A DNA stretch of 64,000 bases from Macrostomum lignano. Lineage: Eukaryota. The stretch is taken from contig NIVC01001050.1 of the NCBI GenBank assembly GCA_002269645.1, forward strand, positions 307,683 to 371,682, read 5' to 3'. The position numbers and the translations under genes were made by a program. Within the stretch, counting starts at the first letter, position 1; each line of letters starts with the position of its first letter. This document shows, in pieces, positions 12,641-22,919 of this stretch. Under the pieces are notes generated by a model, which did no database searches, was not told the origin of the DNA, and saw only the letters and a program-made list of their open reading frames with translations.

Positions 12641-13147
12641 ATGCTCCGCTACCCGGACATGTCCATTATCTCTGTCGGGCTGTTGCAGATTCAGCTCTTT
12701 AGCTTCGAGTCTGACGCCACCCGCCCACCGCCCCCGGAGAAGCGTAAGCGGGCAGTCGGGGACTCTGCCGGGCGGAAACGCCCAGGAAAAGAAGCTCCCG
12801 GCCGTCACGACCCCTCAGAGGACGTGGACCCTGTCAGAGGGAAAGCCGCGAAAGCTGCAGCAACAGGCGGACGTGGAAAGGGCATGAAACCCGCCCGGAA
12901 CACTATCCGCTCTGGTCTAACTCAGCGCGCGAAGCAGCTGCTGGACACCGCCAAGGCCACCAACCGCAGCCACCCCCAGCCCAGTGTCACCACTGTGGCT
13001 CCCCCGGAAAACCGGGCCGAGAGCGAGAATGCCGCCCAGGTAGCGACATCGCCCTCGACCATGGAATCCATCCGGGAGGAGCACATGGAGCTGGAGCCTG
13101 AAGCTATCGGCGAGGCAGAAGAGGCAGCTCTGCACAACTCGCCTTGA
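12641..13147 (+). CDS. Retrotransposon ORF1 C-terminal portion (basic, low complexity)
   Basis: Open frame directly upstream of, and overlapping, the APE ORF. Confidence 0.6.
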   Translation: MLRYPDMSIISVGLLQIQLFSFESDATRPPPPEKRKRAVGDSAGRKRPGKEAPGRHDPSEDVDPVRGKAAKAAATGGRGKGMKPARNTIRSGLTQRAKQLLDTAKATNRSHPQPSVTTVAPPENRAESENAAQVATSPSTMESIREEHMELEPEAIGEAEEAALHNSP

Positions 13148-14140
13148 GCCGGCAGGAAGCTGCGCGGACCACTCGTGGAATCCCCGGAGTGGACATCCTG
13201 CAGCTAAACCTGCACCACTGCATCGCGGCCTCGACCAACCTGATGCGGGTGGCAAACTTTGCGAAACCGGGCATCATCCTACTCCAGGAGCCCTGGACAA
13301 AGAAAGGTAAGATTCCGAATATTCCTGCTGGTTTTGACTGTTTTCAGGACCCTCAAAACCCCAGAGCAGCCATGTTCGTGTCTACCCATCTCAAAGCTTG
13401 GCACAGACCGGACCTCTCTGACAGAGATCTCTGTGTCATTCAGTCCAACCACATTATCACCAACCGCACGGTCATAATCGCCTCGATTTATATCCCTGGC
13501 GATGGCCCCGCGGTTCCACCCAACCTCACCTCCCTCGTGGACTACTGCTCTAACCGTAGGTTCGAGCTGCTGGTGGCGGGCGACATCAACGCTCACCACA
13601 CCCACTGGGGCAGTAATTCTTCCAATAGCAGAGGCGAGGAACTCCTTGCTTACATCTGCACCACCAACACTGAGTTTTGCAACATTGGTGGAACCCCCAC
13701 CTTTGACAACGGGCGATGGACGGAGGCCCTCGACGTTACCCTCGTCTCCCATGGCCTGGCTCCTTTAGTCAAGGACTGGGAAGTTTGGGACGAAGAGGAG
13801 TCTCTGTCTGACCATCGCTTCGTTCGTTTTCGATTGCAATCCTCTTGCCCCAAGCCTCACATTCTGTGGAAAAGGAACGTCCGGAACACTGACTGGACGG
13901 CTTTCACGGAAACCCTGAAATGCCAGACAGATCAGCTGACTACCGTCGCTCCAACCACCTGTCAGGAAGTGGATGACCTTGCAGACTTGCTCAGCAAGAC
14001 CGTCCTGACAGCCCATGAGGCTTCCTGTCCTCTTAAAGCCTACAAAGGCAAAAAATCCGCCCCCTGGTGGCACCCGGCGCTCGGATCCCTCCGGCGCAAG
14101 GCAAAGTGCCTCCAACGGAAAGCTCGCAAGAGCAAGGACC
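13144..14140 (+). CDS. Retrotransposon ORF2, AP-endonuclease domain (3'-truncated)
   Basis: Uninterrupted frame of more than 330 codons with all APE motifs; runs into the minisatellite. Confidence 0.88.
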
Positions 14141-14280
14141 CCCAGACTGATGTGGCCCCCAGACTGATGTGGCCCCCAGACTGATGGGACCTCCAGACTG
14201 ATGTGACCTCCAGACTGATGCGACCTCCAGACTGATGTGACCTCCAGACTGATGTGACCTCCAGACTGATGTGACCGATG
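14137..14280. repeat. 17 bp minisatellite, right part
   Basis: Same unit and orientation as 12120-12560. Confidence 0.93.
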
Positions 14281-15752
14281 CGATCTTACAGTGACAGTTT
14301 AATGTTACAGTAAACGTCTAAATGGGGTATTATTTATAGGATTTTAATCATTTTTTTCATTTTTTAATAGTTCTGACCTAATGTTCCTTACCAAAACACG
14401 ATCGATATAATCACTACTGTCCTCGCAGCAGCCCTTAGCTACTATTTGTGTTCCGTCACAAAGAGCGATCTTTAAGGCAAAAATCGAGCTTCAAAAAAGT
14501 CCAAAAGCCCTGCAAAATCAGTCAAGCTCGTTTAAAGCTGCATCCATCGCTTCTGCTGAAGTTTAAGCAATTTTCCTATATGATTGCACCTACCGATCAG
14601 GAGCCCTTGGTATTGTCTCCAAATAATTGGCCTGCATGAAGAAGCGGCGACGTGTTTCTTTCTCATCAAAGACCTGGCAACGAGCGAAAATCTTCAATCC
14701 TCAAGCCCATATCCGCTTCAAGTTACCTGGCTTGTAAAAGATGACGAAAATCAGTACCCGCCAGCCAGAATAAGCCCACCACCTGCCTGACTCCGTGGCT
14801 AGAAATCATGAGCTATCAGTCTGTCACTCCGATAGTTGTGCAGCGCAGTCTGTGAGCCTGAAATGAACACCTGATGTGCCGAAATCCTCATCACCTGATG
14901 TGTCGAGCTAGTCATATGGGCTTCCCCGGGGGCTCGGCCACGCCTCCCCTCTCGCAGCTGGAACCCCTGGATCAGCTTCCCAACCTTAAGAGCACGCTTT
15001 TACCTTTGACCAGTGCGAAACAAAGCCCTGCCCCATCACCCAGGATTGACTGGGCGATGAGGCTAGGTACTCGCTGGCTCAGGGAAAATGATCGGCGGTC
15101 GTAGAAGCTAAAAGGGGGGGTGACTAGGATTGTCGAGATAAATCTCTGAGATAAAAATCTCGGGATTCGTAAAGTGTTCTCTCAACAAGGCCAACGACGG
15201 AGCCTTGCCGGCGCTATCAGAAATATGTTTTTGCTTTTCCCACCTGATCTCGACATCGGAAAGAGGGAAAACGCCAACCGAAAACAAGCGTCAAGCAAAG
15301 GTAACGTCCGAATTGACGTTGGCTTATTATGCTTGTCGTTAAAAATTTCCATCTTTCCTCCCGCCACAAAATTTTGCTTGTGGCCGGCCCGTCTTCCCCA
15401 ATCGGTCTCTTCCCTTTGTGCTCACGCGCGCGCGCCTCTTGGATAATTTCGCCTTAAATCCATGGGAAAATTAGCCGGCGACGGAGAAGAAGATTGCCAG
15501 GTGTAATCATTAATCAAGCATTTATGCTCCAAGGCCCGACGCAAGCAGTTTTTTGTAAGTGGGGGGAGCAATTAAGTTCTGGTATTTCAAACGGCGACTG
15601 CATCCGCCCACAGAGGCCCGAAAAGATTATAAATACGGCTGGATGAGGAGCCCCAGTTGAGCACAGAAGTTTCTCTTCAAGGCTTCAAGTAGAGACAGAT
15701 AGAAAAGGAAAGCCGCTGTTGTCACTTCCGTAAGAATCCTGAGCCATCACAG

Positions 15753-15879
15753 TGGCTGAGACCCTCCACGGTTGAGGTAATGTTGGGTTCCAGTATGCAG
15801 TCCCGTGCCGTCAAGAGCCTGGTGTCACACACACACCAGTCTCCCATACTGGCCCAACATTATCTCAACGTGCCAGCCA
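15753..15879 (+). ncRNA. Candidate pri-miRNA hairpin with let-7-family seed; predicted 5p about 15773-15794 UGAGGUAAUGUUGGGUUCCAGU
   Basis: 15771-15797 pairs with 15845-15869 over 25 bp (one G-U, one 2-nt bulge). Basal pairs CAC/GTG and TGGCTG/CAGCCA. Branched 47-nt loop. Expression is unproven. Confidence 0.5.
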
Positions 15880-16658
15880 AAATCGACCGAGAAGCGTGTG
15901 CGAGATTACTCCAATACTCGAATTTCCCCAAAAATTTTTTATTGTTTCCTGAGCAGTCGTCTTGCCGACCTAGACTATGCAGGGAGTTGCCAAGCTTGTC
16001 AACGGCTTGTCACTGTCCCCAGGCAATGCCAGACTATAGTATTGGTTATTATGATACAACTGATAATCGATAACAATACTAAAAGCAACTGGTAATGCCC
16101 TGTCTAGTCTAGTTGACAGAGCTGCTGAATCAACCACTGCCAGATTTGCCGATATGTGCTTCCTCTTATTCTTTGCTTAGTCCGAACCAAATAAACTCGT
16201 ACAGCAGACCCAGGTGTCTGCAAAGCGCTTTAACCTGTGTTTGTTTGCTTTTTTGCTTTGGCAGGCAATCAGGGCCTTACTTTCCTTTACTTCCTCTTAT
16301 CTATCGAAAATAATAAAACGCCGAGTGGGCACAGTCAACAGATAATTACATTAATTGCCTGATTGTCTCCGCTAGCGCAGCTGCCGACAGTCGCGGCAGG
16401 CATCTTTCTGTCCGTGGCGAAAGATTTATCGAATTCGTTTTGTATTTTCATAGTGCGGTTTTTCTTAATAGAAATAATTTTCCTAGCGCATGGACATGCG
16501 ACTGGTTGCCTGGAATTTCTCAAAAGAAATGCCACCTGCGTTTTACTACACCTGAAACGCCTTTTAAACTACCAAAGACCAAAGAAACTTACTTTTTTGT
16601 GTCTTAAGCAATTTTTTGAACAGTTTTGGCATTTGCATGTCTGTGCAGAAACCTCTAG

Positions 16659-17092
16659 TCCCTGAGAATCTGCCCCTCGGCTCCCTCAGTCCCTGAGAAT
16701 CTGCCCCTCGGCTCCCTCAGTCCCTGAGAATCTGCCTCTCCGCTCCCTCCGTCCTTGAGAATCTGCCTCTCCGCTCCCTCCGTCCTTGAGAATCTGCCTC
16801 TCCGCTCCCTCAGTCCCTGAAAATCTGCCTCTCCGCTCCCTCCGTCCCTCAGAATCTGCCTCTCCGCTCCCTCCGTCCCTGAGAATCTGCCTCTCCGCTC
16901 CTTCAGTCCCTAAAAATCTGCCTCTCCGTTCCCTCCGTCCCTGAGAATCTGCCTCTCCGCTCCTTCAGTCCCTGAGAATCTGCCTCTCCGCTCCCTCAGT
17001 CCTTGAGAATCTGCCTCTCCGCTCCCTCAGTCCCTGAGAATCTGCCTCTCCGCTCCCTCAGTCCCTGAGAATCTGCCTCTCCGCTCTTGATC
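16659..17092. repeat. 31 bp minisatellite (TCCCTGAGAATCTGCCTCTCCGCTCCCTCAG), 14 units
   Basis: Tandem units; related in reverse orientation to the 39145-41928 array. Confidence 0.96.
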
Positions 17093-17129
17093 AGTTACTA
17101 CTTGTGCTTCATATTTGAAGCACAAGTGT

Positions 17130-17435
17130 GGGGCTGTAGTCTAGTGGTTAGAGCGTCGGACTCACGACTGAAAGGTCGAGGGTTCGATTCCCGATCCCAC
17201 TGGAACAATTTGTGTCCTTGAGCAAGACACTTAACTCTGAATTGCTTCAGTTTACCCAGCTATAAAATGGGTGCCGGCATTAGCTGGGGTAATTGAGGCT
17301 GTGTGTGGCGACCCCCAGTCATTGGAATGAACAGCCGTACGCAGCCTTCAGATGCGCCGCGCAAAAGCTGCGGCTGAGCTGTCAGTTGCACATCTGGCCC
17401 AATTGGGGCAGGTGTAATCAATGATGATTATTATT
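17130..17435 (+). mobile_element. Near full-length tRNA-derived SINE with a CORE-like central domain
   Basis: A box TAGTCTAGTGG; B box GGTTCGATTCC; central TGTGTCCTTGAGCAAGACACTTAAC...TAAAATGGG; simple (ATG/ATT)-rich tail. Two further copies in the window. Confidence 0.88.
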
Positions 17436-17759
17436 TTTTAATTCATATTTAAATTTTTGTAACGCAAATATTCGTAGTGATTAATTCAAAATCAAATCTA
17501 AACTGGTATCTTTGTAACTACATGGCATTTTATATCACTTACGTCCCTGTATTGTTGTTTCAGTGTTTTTGTTTAAATTACGAGCCGTTCATTCAAAAAT
17601 GAAATCGATTTAAACTCATTCTTGCGAATTTATATGTCAAATCCTATTCATTAAATATAGTCCCACAAAACTGACTTGGCTGAGAGAATATGCCTATTTG
17701 TCTTTTGTTTTTCTAAGCAAACTATGCGTAAAAACTGATTCCAGCTTCAGAAAATAATT

Positions 17760-18380
17760 AGAGAGGAAAGGAGAGGAGAGGAGAGGAGAGGAGAGGAGAG
17801 GAGAGGAGAGGAGAGGAGAGGAGAGGAGAGGAGAGGAGAGGAGAGGAGAGGAGAGGAGAGGAGAGGAGTGGAGAGGAGAGGAGAGGAGAGGAGAGGAGAT
17901 GAGAAGAGAGGAGAGGAGAGGAGAGGAGAGGAGAGGAGAGGAGAGGAGAGGAAAGGAGAGGAGAGGAGAGGAGAGGAGAGGATAGGAGAGGAGAGGAGAG
18001 GAGAGGAGAGGAGAGGAGAGGAGAGGAGAGGAGAGGAGAGGAGAGGAGAGGAGATGAGAAGAGAGGAGAGGAGAGGAGAGGAGAGGAGAGGAGAGGAGAG
18101 GAGAGGAGAGGAGAGGAGAGGAGAGGAGAGGAGAGGAGAGGAGAGGAGAGGAGAGGAGAGGAGAGGAGAGGAGAGGAGAGGAGAGGAGAGGAGAGGAGAG
18201 GAGAGGAGAGGAGAGGAGAGGAGAGGAGAGGAGAGGAGAGGAGAGGAGAGGAGAGGAGAGGAGAGGAGAGGAGAGGAGAGGAGAGGAGAGGAGAGGAGAG
18301 GAGAGGAGAGGAGAGGAGAGGAGAGGAGAGGAGAGGAGAGGAGAGGAGAGGAGAGGAGAGGAGAGGATAGGAGAGAGCTG
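17760..18380. repeat. (GAGAG)n pentanucleotide microsatellite
   Basis: Direct observation. Confidence 0.98.
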
Positions 18381-19500
18381 AGAAGAGGCACAAGCCTTAA
18401 GCAGGCCAGTCTTCACGGGCCGCATGTGGCTAGAGTTCGCCAACCCGTAATTACCGGTAAATTAATATGTGCACTTATTGCAGGCTTACAATTTCAACTG
18501 GGCTACTGTTAGTAAACAGAATAGTTCTACTTAATAAAACCGTGTTTTTTATAAAAAAATTATCAAAAGAAAACTTGGCAATTTTTCCTTACATAGCAAA
18601 GCTACACGTAGCTCGAAAGTCGACCCACACCCTGAGAAGAGGCAAGCAGTCATGCCCGAGGCAACCTTAAATTGTCGCTCTTTGTTCATCTAAGTTAGAG
18701 AAGGGAGTCAAGGCAATCAAAGTTGAAATTTACTAGCATTGGACAATAGATCTGCAATGTTCTCATCGTTAATACGAGCTAAAAGCATCTCGATAAACCT
18801 GTAAGTAAGACTTTGTGCTCAAAAATTGGCCGGCGGGTTGTCGTGCAATTCACATCCACGGGTGTACATCCCTGACGATTAGAAAGTGTGAGCGGGTGCA
18901 CGGGTAGAATTGCTGCCAGCGCTGGTTGTGGGTGACGGTGTCATTTGCTGAGTATGAATTAAGTTGAAATAAGGAAGTGCAGGAGTTATTGTCAAAATAG
19001 AGAGGCTCGATACTTCATAAAAAATTTCATTCATCGATTTCGAAGACGTGAAATATCGAGCAGATGAAACGCAATGAGGACGTACTGTACATTTCACACA
19101 TTCTTGTAAATTTACAAATGCTCGCAAATGTACACCCTGCTTGAGTCATATCGCTGGCAAACAGCGTTTTCTATTTGCTAAAAACGGATAAGAATTATTA
19201 TACCTCTGCTCTCTCTCATTGGCTGCACATCTGGGCCAAAATGTAATTTGTTAACGCAGTGTATGAGCAGCCTTGGAGCTTTCCAATTCGTTGTGGACGT
19301 ATAGAATTAATTGGGTGAAAACCTCTTTTTCTAGCAGTCACGTGATTCAAGGGCTGACCCCTACTATATAGTATATGCAATTGTGGCATGCGTTGCGCTG
19401 CCTGACTGGAGCTTTTTAAGCGCCTAAATTCCCCACAAAAGCTCTCAACAAAAAAGAAGTGAAATCGTTGGCCGCTAGCTTTTGCCCCATCGCGCAGCTC

Positions 19501-19673
19501 ATGTGGCTCTCCAGCCATCCGGCAGGATCTAACAGCAACAACTCAATCAGTAAATCCATTTTAATTGCTCGTAAACAGAAAATCCCATCTCCGATTGAAA
19601 CACAACAGCAGCGACAGCAGCCGCAGCAACTACCTACTCTGTTGCAGGATGCACACGAGCGATGGAAGTCCAG
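19501..19673 (+). CDS. Candidate upstream coding exon of CDKL (Q-rich N-terminal extension)
   Basis: ATG just after a cgcgcag acceptor; open 57 codons + 2 nt; donor AG|GTAATG. Splicing to the 24914 acceptor is in frame with the kinase ATG. Confidence 0.4.
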
Positions 19674-19719
19674 GTAATGAAACTTATTTTAAGCAAAGTT
19701 GATAAAATACTCGTATTAT

Positions 19720-20235
19720 AGATGGTAAGGTTCCTTACGCATCCATGACGACGATAAAGTTCCTTAGACATCCATGGAGGCGGTAAGGTTCCTTAGACAT
19801 CCATGAAGGCGGTAAGGTTCCTTAGACATCCATGACGGCGGTAAGGTTCCTTAGACATCCATGGAGGCGGTAAGGTTCCTTAGACATCCATGAAGGCAGT
19901 ATGGTTCCTTAGACATCCATGAAGGCGGTAAGGTTCCTTAGACCTCCATGGAGGCGGTAAGGTTCCTTAGACATCCATGACGGCGGTAAGGTTCCTTAGA
20001 CATCCATGACGGCGGTAAGGTTCCTTAGACATCCGTGACGGTGGTAAGGTTCCTTAGACATCCGTGACGGCGGTAAGGTTCCTTAGACATCCGTGACGGT
20101 GGTAAGGTTCCTTAGACATCCATGAAGGCAGTATGGTTCCTTAGGTGGTAAGGTGGTAAACTTTTTTTCAGTCGTCCATGACGACCTAAAGTCCTTTAGA
20201 CACCCAGGAAAACGGTAAGGTTCCTTAGACATCGA
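19720..20235. repeat. 29 bp minisatellite (GTAAGGTTCCTTAGACATCCATGACGGCG)
   Basis: About 15 tandem units. Confidence 0.95.
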
Positions 20236-20571
20236 TGATTTCGGCAAGATCCAGGTGGGGACCAGGTGGGGTAAATTTCTGCTGATAAAAACAGTGGTCT
20301 ATTTTGCTTCTCGGATGCAAATCTAAGCATAATTTTATGTAGACCTAAGTGGGTTCAATTAGGAATGATCCACAGTCAGTCGATACCTTGCCAGGGGCGA
20401 GTGATCCTAGACTTGAGTCCGAGTGCTCAATGACCCGATTAAATCAGTGCCTCAGGAAGCTGGGCTCTATCGATCTGTTTTGATGGAGCGGAGAGCGAGT
20501 TGAGGTACGGGAGAGAGAGAGAGAGAATTGAGAAAGAAATCATTGCAAAAACACTGTTATGTTGTCAAACT

Positions 20572-20585
20572 GTTGTCATGACAAC
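20572..20585. promoter_or_regulatory. Palindromic X-box (RFX site) GTTGTCATGACAAC
   Basis: Exact match to GTHNYY-AT-RRNAAC, upstream of the kinase exons of a CDKL gene. Confidence 0.5.
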
Positions 20586-21129
20586 CAAATCTGGGCGCAG
20601 GGCATGCAATTGTTTTATTACCAATGCCTCAACCCATTGTGGAAGGGCAAAATTAGAAAGATTCATATTTATAGCCGCCTCTCCGTTTGCCCCCACGCTG
20701 CATTTATTGAGGTCAGGGTGAAGGGAAAAATTAATTAAATCCCTTATCCTTGATAAGAAATTCCTCCCTTGAAACCGCTACAAGTTGCTTACCTTCGGTG
20801 CAGCTGAGTAGCAAGTTTTTATGCAGGCTCACGTAATGCGTGACCCACACAAATTTGTTTTGTTTTAATCAAATCGTACCAGAGTGTACAACCAGTTTCG
20901 CACTGATATAACCGCAGTTTTTTATGGCACAGCTATTTATAGTTTTCTTATTGAATTGGTTCGTACTTTGATATGCTAGGGAGATGCCTGACATAACTGA
21001 AGCGGTTGATTCTGAAGCTGATGAAGATCAGGGCATTTCTCCGACAGCCACCCATACTGACTGGGAGGTTACTGGGGGAGTCAATTGCAGTCGGGCAATC
21101 AAATGTATGAACAGGATGAGATGTAGGCT

Positions 21130-22560
21130 GATGGAGAGAGAGAAGTAGATTGATGGAGAGAGAGAGAGGTAGATTGATGGAGAGAGAGAAGTAGTTTGAT
21201 GGAGAGAGAGAAGTAGTTTGATGGAGAGAGAGAAGTAGATTGATGAAGAGAGAGAAGTAGTTTGATGGAGAGAGAGAAGTAGATTGATAGAGAGAGAGAG
21301 GTAGTTTGATGGAGAGTGAGAGAGAAGTAGATTGGTGGAGAGAGAGAGGTAGATTGATGGAGAGAGAGAAGTAGTTTGATGGAGAGAGAGAGAAAAGTAG
21401 ATTGATGGAGAGAGAGAGAGAGAGGTGGATTGGTGGAGAGAGAGAGGTAGATTGATGGAGAGAGAGAAGTAGATTGATGAAGAGAGAGAAGTAGTTTGAT
21501 GGAGAGAGAGAAGTAGATTGATAGAGAGAGAGAGGTAGTTTGATGGAGAGTGAGAGAGAAGTAGATTGGTGGAGAGAGAGAGGTAGATTGATGGAGAGAG
21601 AGAAGTAGTTTGATGGAGAGAGAGAGAAAAGTAGATTGATGGAGAGAGAGAGAGAGAGAGGTAGATTGGTGGAGAGAGAGAGGTAGATTGATGGAGAGAG
21701 AGAAGTAGATTGTTGGAGAGAGAGAGGTAGATTGATGGAGAGAGAGAAGTAGATTGATGAAGAGAGAGAGGTAGTTTGATGGAGAGAGAGAGAAAAGTAG
21801 ATTGATGGAGAGAGAGAGAGAGAGGTAGATTAGTGGAGAGAGAGAGGTAGATTGATGGAGAGAGAGAAGTAGATTGTTGGAGAGAGAGAGGTAGATTGAT
21901 AGAGAGAGAGAAGTAGATTGATGGAGAGAGAGAGAGAGAGAGGTAGATTGGTGGAGAGAGAGAGGTAGATTGATGGAGAGAGAGAAGTAGATTGTTGGTG
22001 AGAGAGAGGTAGATTGATAGAGAGAGAGAAGTAGATTGATGAAGAGAGAGAGGTAGATTGATGGAGACAGAGAAGTAGATTGATGAAGAGAGAGAGAAAA
22101 GTAGATTGATAGAGAGAGAGAAGTAGATTGATGGAGAGAGAGAGGTAGATTGATGGAGAGAGAGAAGTAGATTGATGAAGAGAGAGAAGTAGATTGATGA
22201 AGAGAGAGAGAAAAGTAGATTGATAGAGAGAGAGAAGTAGATTGTTGGAGAGAGAGAGAGGTAGATTGATAGAGAGAGAGAGGTAGATTGATGGAGAGAG
22301 AGAAGTAGATTGATGGAGAGAGAGAAGTAGATTGATGAAGAGAGAGAGAAAAGTAGATTGATAGAGAGAGAAGTAGATTGAGAGAGAGAGAGAAGTAGAT
22401 TGATGGAGAGAGAGAGGTAGATTGATGGAGAGAGAGAGAAAAGTAGATTGATAGAGAGAGAGAAGTAGATTGATGGAGAGTGAGAGAGAGAGAAGTAGAT
22501 TGGTGGAGAGAGGGGAGGTAGATTGATGGAGAGAGAGAAGTAGATTGATAGAGAGAGAAG
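21130..22560. repeat. AG-rich variable-unit minisatellite ((GA)n-AGTAGATTGATG)
   Basis: Direct observation. Confidence 0.95.
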
Positions 22561-22919
22561 TCGATAAAATTATTCAAAAGGTAGATTAAATACTCAAGCG
22601 CTAGCTCTGCTGCGTAGCGCCACCCTCGTGTAACTTGACATTGAATAATAACAACTCTATGTGCAAAGCAACGCGCATCACCATATATATACTATGTATT
22701 ATTTATTGATATTCATATTACAAAGCAAACTTTGTTTTGCATGCTCCGCTTGACAAAATACACGACCTTGACTATTTATTCTTTTATTCCAGCCACTTTT
22801 AGCAAGTCAAGCTTCTCAAATTTGAAATCTTTACGAAGGTAATCAAGTGTGATTTATTGCAGCCTTTTTGTGTAGATTTGTTTGACAATCTGAGCTTTGC
22901 TAGTTTGATTTGATTGGCA

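Larger units (their letters stand above)
12600..14140 (+). mobile_element. Non-LTR retrotransposon fragment (LOA/R1-like): ORF1 3' part, intact APE endonuclease and linker; RT absent
   Basis: The ORF2 frame retains the APE catalytic motifs QLNLHH, LQEPW, SIYIP, GDINAHH..WGS, TF..ALDVT and SDHRFV, followed by APWWHPAL. Clade assignment is from motif style only. Confidence 0.9.

Noticed and set aside
10690-14140. Single LINE insertion inverted by twin priming
   Set aside because: The two pieces overlap in homologous sequence and differ greatly in decay, so they are separate insertions.
15710-15766. miR-2/miR-11-like CAUCACAG just upstream of the let-7-like hairpin
   Set aside because: Only a 9 bp stem, too weak for a precursor, and it overlaps the basal stem of the main hairpin.
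17130-17200. tRNA gene
   Set aside because: The anticodon arm and acceptor stem are imperfect, there is no poly-T terminator, and it continues into a shared SINE body.
18828-18880. miR-92-like AAUUGCAC...CCGGCC on the minus strand, and a 17-mer shared with 5235-5251
   Set aside because: The seed falls in the loop of a weak fold. One 17-mer match in 64 kb is not far from chance expectation.
20990-21080. Hammerhead ribozyme cores (CTGATGA here and at about 12157, 12550 and 44033)
   Set aside because: No correctly placed GAAA and no flanking stems.
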